Shown here in pieces: positions 20,209-30,400 of a stretch of DNA of 64,000 nucleotides (its first letter is position 1; every line of letters begins with the position of its first letter). The DNA lies in the IMG/VR virus record IMGVR_UViG_3300048919_000048, positions 64,001-128,000 of that record; one strand, written 5' to 3'. Source of the DNA: a virus. The position numbers and the translations under genes were made by a program. Under the pieces are notes generated by a model, which had not been told where the DNA came from, did no database searches, and saw only the letters and a program-made list of their open reading frames with translations.

Positions 20209-20325
20209 TTACTGTCTCCACGGATCGAAGCCTTCCGGATGTTCCGGAACAACCATAGGCCCGTGTTTGCGTTCAGCTTGAACACAGGCAATAAAAATAA
20301 GGGTCATCAGTGTCAGTACGATCAT
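20209..20325 (-). CDS. 38-aa membrane peptide (not in ORF track)
   Basis: GAGGAG RBS; MIVLTLMTLIFIACVQAERKHG...WRQ. Confidence 0.6.
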   Translation of the reverse strand: MIVLTLMTLIFIACVQAERKHGPMVVPEHPEGFDPWRQ

Positions 20326-20368
20326 GGTATCTCTCCTCTTTGGTATGTTTTAGACATATTATCACACC

Positions 20369-20404
20369 AAAAAAGAAAAGGCCAGAGTCTTTCGACTCCG
20401 GCCC
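20369..20404 (-). terminator. intrinsic terminator
   Basis: Hairpin with GAAA loop and T-tract. Confidence 0.7.
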
Positions 20405-20779
20405 TTAACCTCCCTTAAACTTCTTGTTTCGGGCAGCGATCTCTTGATTCCTGCGAGCCTGGTCGATATCCTTCTGCTGGGCTTCCTGAACGAAGTCCTG
20501 AATATCAAGATACTCATTCTTCTTCAGAAGGTCTTCCATATCCCCGGCCTCAATGGTGAGTTCATTCACACCTTTGAATCGCTCCATCACCCGGTAAGTG
20601 AGGTAGTCGTACCATTTAAGAGATGAGTGCTTCCGTGCATACTCGATTGCCTTCTCTACTGTACTCAGCGGGATCAGATTTCCGTCTGGTTCGTCTCGTC
20701 CAGTTGATCCACCGCTCGTGCCAGCCCCAGTTTTTTGAGGAATGTGTCGATGGTCCCGAAACCGCTCTTTCCGAAAAAA
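20405..20779 (-). CDS. tail assembly chaperone, frameshift extension (GT-like)
   Basis: -1 frame overlapping upstream chaperone; T TTT TTC slippery site at 20773-20779. Confidence 0.7.
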   Translation of the reverse strand, partial: FFRKERFRDHRHIPQKTGAGTSGGSTGRDEPDGNLIPLSTVEKAIEYARKHSSLKWYDYLTYRVMERFKGVNELTIEAGDMEDLLKKNEYLDIQDFVQEAQQKDIDQARRNQEIAARNKKFKGG

Positions 20780-21147
20780 CAACCGTAGTTGACTTCAACC
20801 ACCTTACTCAGCAGAGTGATCAGGTCTTCAACGTGGTCCTCGAAAACGATGTCGATGTCGATTGGGCCACCCATGCTGTCTACTTCGATCCCTTCCAAGA
20901 GCAGGTCCAGAATCTCTTGACCGCCATCCTCAATTTGGTCGAGGATATAAAGGATCGCTGTTGGTACTGCGTCTTGCAGACCTTGACCGCCGGAGAAGGC
21001 AGAACCAGCCATTGTGCCCATCGGTACTGCCACCAGGCGACCAATCTTAGGCATATTACGAATCACTTGGCTTGGTGACCAGTGATAAATTGTAAAGCGC
21101 TTTCCGCCGCACAGAATAATGTCTGTGGACTTCTTAACCTTAAACAT
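20674..21147 (-). CDS. tail assembly chaperone (G-like)
   Basis: Start MFKVKK with AGGAG RBS; between tube and tape measure. Confidence 0.8.
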   Translation of the reverse strand: MFKVKKSTDIILCGGKRFTIYHWSPSQVIRNMPKIGRLVAVPMGTMAGSAFSGGQGLQDAVPTAILYILDQIEDGGQEILDLLLEGIEVDSMGGPIDIDIVFEDHVEDLITLLSKVVEVNYGCFFGKSGFGTIDTFLKKLGLARAVDQLDETNQTEI

Positions 21148-21218
21148 GATACACTCCTGTGTCTTCTGTTGAAAAATCCATGCCGTGAGAAAAGGCCACA
21201 TCCCTGTGGCTCACGTTG

Positions 21219-21701
21219 TTATTGGTCCAGACCAACCAGACCAGTAATGCCTGCGACAGCACCTTGGATCTGATCAGGAGACAGCCACGCATCCAGTACG
21301 CCGATTTCCCAGTCCATCTGACCAACTTCGGAACCGTAGGTCAGGTCAGGCTGTTTCTGAATCCAACCGATGGTGTTCAGGGACAGACCCTGAGAACCTT
21401 CGACTTGGACTGGCAGGTAAATCAGGCCAGTTACGTTGGCTTGGCGCTGCCACTGGGCCAGATAGCCGTTCCAAGGAGCGGTGTTCTGGAGTGACAGGGT
21501 CATTACCCCGGTGTTGTCACGGGACAGGGCGTTACTGATCTCGCCATCTACGCCCGCATGGACGGAGATGTTGTCGTTGTTACGAGAGATAACGATCTTC
21601 GTATCCGCTGCGAAGCCAGCAACACGCTGTCCACCAATGAAGACCAAGACTTTTGCCGGGTCATACGCCTGAAGCGTCAGGATTTTGGATTGGTTCAGCA
21701 T
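21219..21701 (-). CDS. tail tube protein (DUF3277-like)
   Basis: AYDPAKVLVFIGGQRVAGFA; follows sheath. Confidence 0.85.
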   Translation of the reverse strand: MLNQSKILTLQAYDPAKVLVFIGGQRVAGFAADTKIVISRNNDNISVHAGVDGEISNALSRDNTGVMTLSLQNTAPWNGYLAQWQRQANVTGLIYLPVQVEGSQGLSLNTIGWIQKQPDLTYGSEVGQMDWEIGVLDAWLSPDQIQGAVAGITGLVGLDQ

Positions 21702-21704
21702 CTA

Positions 21705-23126
21705 TTACACTCCTACAGCAGAAGAGGTCATCGGGGTCTGAGCGTTAGTGCTCTGGCCCGCCGGACGATCCAGTACAACGGCGGCGCGGATCTTGACGTA
21801 GTGCAGGGAGTTGTTGTACACAAGCTCTACCTTCACGTCACGCAGGATACGTGCAGCGAGGTCATTCGTCGGGATCTCAGCGCGTTTCGGAATGGTGATC
21901 GTCGGGTCATAAGACACTTTGTTTGTAGTGTCATAACCAGTCAGGATAGCACCGTTACGAATACCGATGTTGATCGGGTTGTTCATCAGTACAGACTTCA
22001 GAACTGGAAGGTCTTCGTCGCTCATCTTCATGGACAGGCCCATGTCAGAACGGCGTTTCATGTACGCAAACACGGATTCTTCCATACGGAACTTAACCCA
22101 GTGGGAGAAGCGAATCACGTCAACGTACTGACCGGATGAAGTTTTACCTTCGATGTAGCTACCAGTGCCGTACAGGCTGCGGTAGATGTTGGCGTTACGA
22201 GACCAAGCGTTTGAGCGCTGGGTGTCTGATCCAACAAACGGGGTCATTCCCGGCATCGTTTTCAGGTGCAGAGAGTCGCCGTATGATGGGTCGTTCGCAG
22301 CCATCGCGCCGATAACGGAACCTTCAGTGAAGCTTACGTCAGCGCCAGCATCGGAAGTTCCCAGAGAGTCGTAGCTCAGAGCCTTCAGCGTGTCAAACAC
22401 AGAAGAGGATGAGTTCTCAGGGGCGTATGCATCAGCATCCGTGGAGTTGTAGATGTGCAACTTGTAGTTCGCCTTAGCAAACTCAGCAGCAGCAACGATG
22501 TCTGCATCAGCACGGGCTTCTGTCGCCAGGAAGTACCAGTTATGGTTCTCAGCGATGACGGAAGGCAGAACAGTCGCCACGGTCTCAGCAGAGTCGTTAA
22601 CGATCTTGTAGGTGCCCGCGCCTTTACCAACGCTAACGATGTTGTCGTCAACTGCGGTCACTGTCACATAAGTGCCAGTTGCAACACCAGTAACTTTCCC
22701 GGTCAGGTCAGCATCGTTGGTGATTGCGTCTGCCAGCGCCGTAGCGATCTGGGCAGGTGTGTTGCCAGGCAGTACGTTAATTTTAACAGCCTTGACCATC
22801 TTATTCAAGGTGATATTAACGACAACCTGTTCGGTGTTTGTGGTCCCGGTGAAATCCACCTTGGTAGAGCTATTAGACATACGTCCGATACCAACACGGC
22901 GAGGGGCAAAGTTCCCTGAAAATGCGTTGGTGGCGAACTGGTACGCCGGGGAGCCTACAGCGAACCCATCAGCAACCATCCCTTCAGTGGACACGTAGTA
23001 ACGAACACGCTCTGGGAAGTTGTTGTGGATTGCCAGGAACATCGGGGTTTCAAAGCCAACGGTGTCGATTGGTTGAGTGCCAAGGCTAACCTCAACGTCA
23101 ACAACCTTGTCTTGATATTCAGCCAT
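21705..23126 (-). CDS. tail sheath protein (DUF3383-like)
   Basis: G.YVDVIRFSHW and DLAARIL motifs; 473 aa. Confidence 0.9.
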   Translation of the reverse strand: MAEYQDKVVDVEVSLGTQPIDTVGFETPMFLAIHNNFPERVRYYVSTEGMVADGFAVGSPAYQFATNAFSGNFAPRRVGIGRMSNSSTKVDFTGTTNTEQVVVNITLNKMVKAVKINVLPGNTPAQIATALADAITNDADLTGKVTGVATGTYVTVTAVDDNIVSVGKGAGTYKIVNDSAETVATVLPSVIAENHNWYFLATEARADADIVAAAEFAKANYKLHIYNSTDADAYAPENSSSSVFDTLKALSYDSLGTSDAGADVSFTEGSVIGAMAANDPSYGDSLHLKTMPGMTPFVGSDTQRSNAWSRNANIYRSLYGTGSYIEGKTSSGQYVDVIRFSHWVKFRMEESVFAYMKRRSDMGLSMKMSDEDLPVLKSVLMNNPINIGIRNGAILTGYDTTNKVSYDPTITIPKRAEIPTNDLAARILRDVKVELVYNNSLHYVKIRAAVVLDRPAGQSTNAQTPMTSSAVGV

Positions 23127-23186
23127 TTTGTGTCCTCTGCTTCTGAACGATTATTGACCAGCACGAATGTGCCAATTTGTGGGGGA

Positions 23187-23894
23187 TTACTCCCCCGTCT
23201 TGTCACTGATAAGCGCTGGCTTATCAATAACCGGAGTTTCCAAACAAACCGACACGATCTTGTCGTTGTAGACGATCGGAGGATTTGGCTTTGGTGGTAG
23301 ACCAGGATCATCACCGCCGGGCTTGACACCCACGTCATAGTCTGCTTCAATACCAACAGGTGGGCCAGACGTGTTCCCGGTTTCGATCCCGATGACAATG
23401 TGCTCGATATCCTCGAACGTACCGATATCTTTCTCCACGAACGTCGTGTTGAAGGTGATAATGGTCCGCGCCCGATTCTCGAACAATTGCTGGTTCAGCG
23501 GGACACGCATTCGAGCAATATTCGATGTGGATGAGTACGCATAGGGAGAACCCGTCGGGAAGTATTTCTCACGAAGGAACGGCAGGCCGAATGCCTGATG
23601 CACCCGGGACAGTGCCCAGTGAGGTTTCCCACGGTAAGCGGTGAGGGTATAGCTGGCGGTGTAGTTGTGGGCCGTATGCACGACTCCGTCTTCATCCACC
23701 ACTTCAGCAGTTGCCCAGTCGAGAGGGGTAAGCAATGACAGGTCCACGAGGATGTAAGGCCCTTCCGGTTTTGGAATGGTCTCATCAGCTTCAACGACAT
23801 CATAGCCCGTTACGTCCAAACAGAGACGACCGATTGCCTTGGTCAGTGCTCCCATCACGACATCTGAATTTGTAAAGTCCAGAAGGTCTGCCAT
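23187..23894 (-). CDS. neck/tail terminator protein
   Basis: PKPEGPYI motif, synteny. Confidence 0.65.
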   Translation of the reverse strand: MADLLDFTNSDVVMGALTKAIGRLCLDVTGYDVVEADETIPKPEGPYILVDLSLLTPLDWATAEVVDEDGVVHTAHNYTASYTLTAYRGKPHWALSRVHQAFGLPFLREKYFPTGSPYAYSSTSNIARMRVPLNQQLFENRARTIITFNTTFVEKDIGTFEDIEHIVIGIETGNTSGPPVGIEADYDVGVKPGGDDPGLPPKPNPPIVYNDKIVSVCLETPVIDKPALISDKTGE

Positions 23895-24340
23895 TACAGA
23901 CCTCCCTCAGTTCCAACTGGAACTGCGATCAGGTAGTATCGGTAGCGAGGCACACCGGAAGACGGATACATATCTGCCTTCATCACGGTAAACCACGTCT
24001 GCCCGCCTCCGGAGTCCGGCAGCAACATCTGATCAGAAAGATGCTCTGTGCCCTCTCGTGCTCGGAACAAAAGAGTCTCAGAGTAAACGGTGTAGGAGTC
24101 ATAGTCCTCTTCACCGCCGATCATCAACTGGTTGTTCTGGTCACGGATGGCTTTGCCCCGCATCGGTTGGATAGTGCATTCAACGGCAGTGAAGGGGGTG
24201 TAAACCACCTCTCGCCCGCCGTTCAGGAACGGACTGTCAGGGTCTGTCTTGACCCACTCACGTTTCCTGCATTGCACCTCGATTCGAGGAATGAGTTTGT
24301 TACGGCTTGAGAGCAACGAATAAGCTCTTGGCATCGCCAT
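23894..24340 (-). CDS. head closure protein
   Basis: TIQPM motif, synteny. Confidence 0.6.
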   Translation of the reverse strand: MAMPRAYSLLSSRNKLIPRIEVQCRKREWVKTDPDSPFLNGGREVVYTPFTAVECTIQPMRGKAIRDQNNQLMIGGEEDYDSYTVYSETLLFRAREGTEHLSDQMLLPDSGGGQTWFTVMKADMYPSSGVPRYRYYLIAVPVGTEGGL

Positions 24341-24350
24341 CAGTCACTCC

Positions 24351-24812
24351 TTATTTGCCTTGGTACTTGACAACCTTGTACGTTGCCGCACTTGACAAGT
24401 CACCATAATGAATCATTGCGTCGTCAAACCCCTTGTAGCTCGCCCAGTCTTTTGATACCTTAGGGTTACTGAATGTCCCAGTGGAGATCGTGAAGCGAAT
24501 ACTATCTGCTGCGTCCTTTCCGATTTTCTCCAAGTAGCTACTGAAGTGGCGACCTTGGATGATCCCGTTGTGCATTCGTTTGATATGCTTCAGGAGACCT
24601 TCTTGGAAGTGCAGGGAGGTTGAGAACATGAAGTTACGCTCAGGAAGGTTATTCCAGCCTTCTTCATGGATGGCGGCAAGAGTCGCCATGTTCAGCCCAG
24701 AATAGTGTTTCTCGTCGTAAAAACCAGATTCCACTTCTTTCTCAGCTAAATCAGAGAGTTGGCTGAAATACCGCTTCAGTTCAGAGATGTCGGTGAACGA
24801 CTTCTTTGCCAC
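24351..24812 (-). CDS. neck/tail completion protein
   Basis: ATLAAIHEEG..LPERNFM motif. Confidence 0.7.
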   Translation of the reverse strand: MAKKSFTDISELKRYFSQLSDLAEKEVESGFYDEKHYSGLNMATLAAIHEEGWNNLPERNFMFSTSLHFQEGLLKHIKRMHNGIIQGRHFSSYLEKIGKDAADSIRFTISTGTFSNPKVSKDWASYKGFDDAMIHYGDLSSAATYKVVKYQGK

Positions 24813-24874
24813 GGTATTTCCCCATGAAAGTTATTTTACCACATTAGGTTAGCAAAAGCAACAAAGTCAACGCT

Positions 24875-25402
24875 TTAGCGAACCATCCAAGGACTGCGTC
24901 TCGCTTGGCTGCAAGGCCATGCTGACTGCTTAGGGATCGCCGGGGTTGGATACACACCCTGTTCCATAAAGCCGTTCACAGAGTTAGGGTTGTTCTTCAC
25001 ACGGAAGAATTCATCTTTACGTACACCACCAATGATCACGAGGGCATTGTTGAATCCAAGGGATGGGTCAACATAATCCGGGTTCAGTTCGAGCCAGTCA
25101 AGGAAGTCTTTCCATGATTCCCAGCTTGATCCGCCTTTGATGGAAATAGTCTCGTCACCGATTTTCTCGAATCGCTCACGAATAGATGAAGCACCGCTGG
25201 AAACTTCCTGAACAATCAACCAACGGACGCAGTCAACGACGGTGTTGTACAGGGCCAGTGGGGTTTTATCCGGGTTGTTGTCCAAGTCATACGTCAACTT
25301 CCACTTGGTCCAGAAGAAGAGGATCGTCGCATCCGAAATCTCCTCGGTGGTGATACCACCCAAGAGCATACGGACGATCTCAATTACTTGTTCGTCGGTC
25401 AT
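24875..25402 (-). CDS. head-tail adaptor protein
   Basis: VRMLLGG..ISDA..EKIGDETIS; synteny. Confidence 0.65.
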   Translation of the reverse strand: MTDEQVIEIVRMLLGGITTEEISDATILFFWTKWKLTYDLDNNPDKTPLALYNTVVDCVRWLIVQEVSSGASSIRERFEKIGDETISIKGGSSWESWKDFLDWLELNPDYVDPSLGFNNALVIIGGVRKDEFFRVKNNPNSVNGFMEQGVYPTPAIPKQSAWPCSQARRSPWMVR

Positions 25403-25467
25403 AAAAGGGGCCTCCAGTAAGGGTAGACTTCATGTTACCATATTTTGCACAAAAAGTCATTGACAGA

Positions 25468-25494
25468 CAAAAAGAAAGCCGCCCGAAGGCGGCT
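25468..25494 (-). terminator. intrinsic terminator
   Basis: AGCCGCC TTCG GGCGGCT T-tract. Confidence 0.8.
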
Positions 25495-25498
25495 GTAC

Positions 25499-26308
25499 TT
25501 AGTTGGTGTACAACTTGATTTGAACTTCAAGGAATGTTAAGTTCATATCAACCCCGGTGGTATTGACAAGCCACAGGGTACAACCATCCACAGTAAAGGG
25601 GTCGGTTACGGTGTGGGTCCAAGAGTCCAAGGAGATTGCACCCCTGTCCAGTGATGTACCGGAAACCTTTACCCTCGTGGCTGCTGCCAGTTGAGTTGTA
25701 CCGTCGGCACGACGCAAGTCAACACGCCATTCACGGGCTTGGTTAGCACCGCCTGACAGTTCGCCTTGAAGTCGAACAACAAATCGGACATCTCGCCAGC
25801 CGTCCACTGCTGGGAACTTGGCTACCCCAGTCGAGGAATTGAAATCAATCTGTGCGTTACTGTCCGCCAACAGTGCCCAACCAGGCGCGGTCCCGATGTT
25901 AAGGGACTGTCCATTTGTGATGGTGATTGCGTTAGTTGTTCTTCGAACATCAATGCTGAAGACGGCACCATCATCTCCCGCCGGGCCTTGTGTTCCTTGA
26001 GTCCCTTGCGGACCTTGGATTCCCTGAATACCTTGGTCGCCTTTATCTCCTTTCGGCCCAGTAGCACCAGTCAGTCCAGTGTCTCCCTTCAGACCTTGTT
26101 CACCCGCCGGGCCTGTAGGGCCTGCCGGGCCAATTGGTCCTTGGGGTCCTGGGTCGCCAGGGTCTCCCTTATCCCCTTTTGGTCCCACAGTTCCTCCCCC
26201 GGAACCGATCGAGGCAAAAGGAATCATCGTCTCTGACTGGAGGTCATACAATGCATACCCAAAGTATACACCGTTTTGCTCTCCCGTAATACCTCTTAGT
26301 GTTGCCAT
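25499..26308 (-). CDS. collagen-like fibre/decoration protein
   Basis: Continuous Gly-X-Y run followed by beta domain. Confidence 0.8.
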   Translation of the reverse strand: MATLRGITGEQNGVYFGYALYDLQSETMIPFASIGSGGGTVGPKGDKGDPGDPGPQGPIGPAGPTGPAGEQGLKGDTGLTGATGPKGDKGDQGIQGIQGPQGTQGTQGPAGDDGAVFSIDVRRTTNAITITNGQSLNIGTAPGWALLADSNAQIDFNSSTGVAKFPAVDGWRDVRFVVRLQGELSGGANQAREWRVDLRRADGTTQLAAATRVKVSGTSLDRGAISLDSWTHTVTDPFTVDGCTLWLVNTTGVDMNLTFLEVQIKLYTN

Positions 26309-26325
26309 ACTGACTCCTTATACAG

Positions 26326-26350
26326 AAAAACCGCCCCGAAGGGCGGCTTT
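26326..26350 (-). terminator. intrinsic terminator
   Basis: CCGCCC TTCG GGGCGG T-tract. Confidence 0.8.
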
Positions 26351-26351
26351 A

Positions 26352-26747
26352 TTATGCTCCCGGAGCAAACAATCCTGTAGCCCTGATAGCAGCTAGCAGA
26401 TTGTTGAAATCCGCCATTGTCGGATCAGCGGTGATATTTGGGAAATCTCCTTGGAGAACCCCACCACGCTGTGTTGTAGTTGGAACCTTATTCCCAGCCA
26501 TTGCTGTGGTTCCAGTTGTACCGATAACAAGGTCGGATGTTCCAGCGCCGATCGCTGAACGGGCAGTAGCTTGGTCTGCCCCAGCCGCGATAACAGCAGG
26601 TTTGTCAGTCACGTCAGCCCATGCTACAGAGCCGCCGCCACCGCTGCCTTCAAAAAGTTCAGTCAGGGTTTTAGTTTCCCCGGTTGCCTGATCCATGATC
26701 TGGTAACCAGTCAGTGTGCCGAGTGATGCACCGCCAATTGCTGCCAT
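26352..26747 (-). CDS. head fibre/decoration protein
   Basis: WADVTDKP, ARSAIGAGTS, RGGVLQ..DFNNLLAAIRATG motifs. Confidence 0.7.
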   Translation of the reverse strand: MAAIGGASLGTLTGYQIMDQATGETKTLTELFEGSGGGGSVAWADVTDKPAVIAAGADQATARSAIGAGTSDLVIGTTGTTAMAGNKVPTTTQRGGVLQGDFPNITADPTMADFNNLLAAIRATGLFAPGA

Positions 26748-26748
26748 G

Positions 26749-27399
26749 TTATTCTCCTACAAAAGTAGTTGGGACTTCAGGGATGTCTGTGATGACAGAG
26801 GTGTCGTACACAGATTTTACGTAGGCCAGGAGGTTTTGGTGGACCTTCCCGGTTGCGACCATAATCGCATCAATCTTCGCCACTGCGTCTGCGGAAGGCA
26901 AAGTAAGGGTTGAAAAATCCGTTTTACGGATTAGAATGTCTTTGTCAGGATGGGCTTGAGCATACGCCTTGATGGTGTCGAGGTTGATAAGCTCACGAGG
27001 CTCAACCGAGAAAGTATCCCCGTCAACAGTTACCCCGGCAGACAGGTCTGCGGTATACTGCTGGTAGGCACGGCTACGATGATCTTCTTTGGCCCGGACC
27101 AAGTTCTCTGCGATCTCTTCAGGATAGAAATCACGAGCTACCCAAGTCTTGTACCAGAGGTCATCGTCAGGATTTAGTTTGGGAGTTCCCTCTGTGACAA
27201 CATCACCGACAGGGATCTCTGAGTCATGAACCATGCAATAACCCCACAGGTCACGCATGTCAGCTTCCCATACATAAGAGCCGATACTGACGTTGGTATG
27301 CTCTTTCAGGAAGTCACTGAGGTAAACGGGGTATTTCATGTCGGACATGCGAATCATCGGTGTCCAAGCATAAACCTTGCTGGTAGGATCTACAGCCAT
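26749..27399 (-). CDS. fibre-associated/chaperone protein (DUF4376-like)
   Basis: Start MAVDPTSK with AGGAG RBS; GVTVDGDTF; follows long fibre. Confidence 0.6.
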   Translation of the reverse strand: MAVDPTSKVYAWTPMIRMSDMKYPVYLSDFLKEHTNVSIGSYVWEADMRDLWGYCMVHDSEIPVGDVVTEGTPKLNPDDDLWYKTWVARDFYPEEIAENLVRAKEDHRSRAYQQYTADLSAGVTVDGDTFSVEPRELINLDTIKAYAQAHPDKDILIRKTDFSTLTLPSADAVAKIDAIMVATGKVHQNLLAYVKSVYDTSVITDIPEVPTTFVGE

Positions 27400-27437
27400 T
27401 TGGATCTCCTTTAAAGGGGCCGAAGCCCCTTTTGGTA

Positions 27438-30400
27438 TTAGTCTACAGTCATCGCCTGAACACCCGTCAGGTCCGTGCCGTCCCAGAAGAACGTCAGGAT
27501 GGTACGGGTTGTACCAAGCGCAGGCTGGGTTCCGTTTGACCAAGCCATCGGGGTAGGCCACGTCATAGAGCCGCCTTTACCGATGAACTTAACAACTACC
27601 GTCATCGCACGGCCTGCTGGCAGGTTGGAGATGGTAATTGTCTTGGACGTGGTTCCGTCAACGGTGAACACGTTAGACACAGCAGCATCCAGCGCACCAG
27701 TGGCAGACATCACACGGAGGTCGTAACGGTCAAGCTTCTTCCACGCACCGTTTGAACGGACGTAGTAGCCGGAATCCTGAGGCGCTTCAAGAACGCTGAT
27801 CAGTGTCCAGTCACCGTCGATACGGGAATACTGCTTACCATCCTTAGGTGCATCGTAGACGTTACCACCACCCATGTGGCCCAGAGAACCCCAAGTGGTT
27901 GCGTTTGTCTTCAGGAAGAACTCAAGGGTAGAGGAGTTCAGGAAGTAATCCCCGACACGTCCATCAGCAGGGGTAGGGTTACGGGCAAACACGATCCACA
28001 AGGAACCTTGGTCACCTTTATCACCTTTAACACCCTGAGGTCCGGTAGGACCTGTGTTACCTTGAGGACCAGTAGGTCCGATTGGACCTTGGATAGGACC
28101 CAAGTTTTCGTAGGCAGAACCCGTCCAACCCCAGAAATCGCCATCGATCAGGTAACCCTGTCCCAGCGTCCCGGTTGGCGGCAGTTCAGAACTGCTGTTC
28201 AGCTTACCGATGATTTCTACACCCGGACCCATGTCACCTTGAGGACCCTGAGGACCGATATCCCCCTTGTCACCCTTAGGACCTTGTGCCCCAGTGGCAC
28301 CAGTTTCACCTGTGGCACCTGTAGGACCAACTGGACCACGAACAACGCCCATGTTAACCCAAGTGCTGCCGTTCCAAGAGAAGCCTGTTCCGGTGTCCTC
28401 GGTCACGTAGTAATCACCGACGGTGTTACCAGATGACGGCAGGGAGCCTTGGTTAGGGACAGTCCCTTTAGGGATTACTCCTGCACCATTATCGCCAGTG
28501 TCGCCCTTCGGACCAGCAGGTCCGGTATCACCAGTGTCGCCTTTAGGTCCGGTGTTACCACGTGCCATCCCGGTATTAACCCACTGGAGGCCGTCCCAAG
28601 CAAATCCTTCACCTGTGTCAACAGTTGTCCAGAAGTCACCCTTCACGTTGTCGGTGGTAGGGAGGGAAGCTTCGTTAGGAACAGTGCCTTTCGGATTCAG
28701 GCCAGTACCTTGTGGACCAACGTCACCTTGGTCACCTTTTGGACCTTGTTCGCCCGCCGGGCCAGCAGGTCCGGTAGCGCCAGTGTCACCTTTAGGCCCG
28801 GCTGGACCCTGCGCTCCAGTATCACCCTTCGGACCACGAACTGGTCCAACGTTCTGCCATGCAGTACCGTTAAAGATGTACAGGTCGTCACCGATCAGCC
28901 ATGCATCACCCGTCACCGGATTTGCAGGAAGATCTGCTTCGCTCGCTTTCTCACCAAGGATAGCTACACCTTCACCAACAGGACCTTGAGGACCTGTCAG
29001 GCCAGTGTTACCACGTGGACCCTGAGGGCCAGTGTCACCTTTTGCACCTTTCAGGCTGGCAAGATATTCGTTCAGCGAACCTGTGAATCCAGCTTCAACC
29101 GCAAGAGCATAGTTGTCCTTACCAGTTGCGCCCGGGTCGCCTTTCACGCCCTGAGGGCCTTGAGGGCCAGTATCGCCCGTATCACCTTTAGGGCCTTGGA
29201 ATGCCCCGAGGTTCTCCCAGTTTCCGTTACCAGTTGATACCCAAACATCCGTGCCGATCAGGTATGCATCACCTGCATCTGCTCCGGCAGGGAGACTACC
29301 TTCGTCTGCTACCTTACCGAGAATGTTGATGGCGTTGGCGTTTGTACCGTCTACACCGGGATCACCCTTATCGCCCTTCGGCCCGGTTGGTCCGGTTGGT
29401 CCGATGAGAGAGTTCAGGAAGTCAACCTGAGAACCAGTGTGACCGTTATCCAGCCAAACCTGATACGCAGACTTACCTTCCGGCCCGACTTGGCCTACAG
29501 TTTGCCATTTATCGGTGTCACCTGTCCAGACATACATCTTGTCTTGGATGATGTAGCAATCGCCGTTGCTGTTGCCTTCCATTGGGAGGAAGGATGGATC
29601 AGGGAAAGATCCGAGGATCTGGAGACCGATGCCGTCAGCCCCTTTCAGGGAACTCAGCCATTCGTCCTCTGTCCCAACGAAGCCTGCGTTAACTGCGACT
29701 TCATACGCAGACAGACCCTGAGGACCAGCAAAGCTGCCGAGGTTTTTCCACTGCTTAACGCCACCCTCTTCTACCACCGTCCAGAAGTTCTGGTTGATGA
29801 CGTAAGTGTCGCCGAGTTCCATATCCGCAACTGGTGGCAACTGGGTAACATCACTCAGTTGGTCGATGACGTTGATGCCGATCCCTGCTGGGCCTTTAGG
29901 ACCTTCCGGACCACGGGCACCCTGTGCCCCGGCTGGGCCAGCGGGACCTGTTGCACCTTGAGGGCCAGTTTCGCCCTGAGGACCTTGTGGTCCTGTCAAA
30001 CCTTCTGGGCCTTCCGGACCCTGTGGTCCTGTTGGACCAATCGGACCTTGCGGCCCGGTAGCACCAGTGTCGCCCTTATCACCCTTGACAGTCTCGACGA
30101 AAATACCGTCAGACTTCATCTCGATCTTGTTCGCCGGGTCAGCAGAGATTTTGGTCTCTTGCGGGCGAACATACATAGCGCCTTGGCGGATTTCGAGCAT
30201 GTTGTCCTGTGCAGTGGACACAGGGACATTCAGGCCAGCAGAACCAGCCTTCAGGGCGTTCTGAGCACTTGGATCAACAATCACATCAATCTGAGTCTTG
30301 GCCTTCCCGGTAGGGTCAGCTTTGATATCCAGAGTCTTGTTTGGTGACGTGGTTGATACGTTGACAGGATCGGAGTATACTCCTTCCAGCGCTGGGTTAC

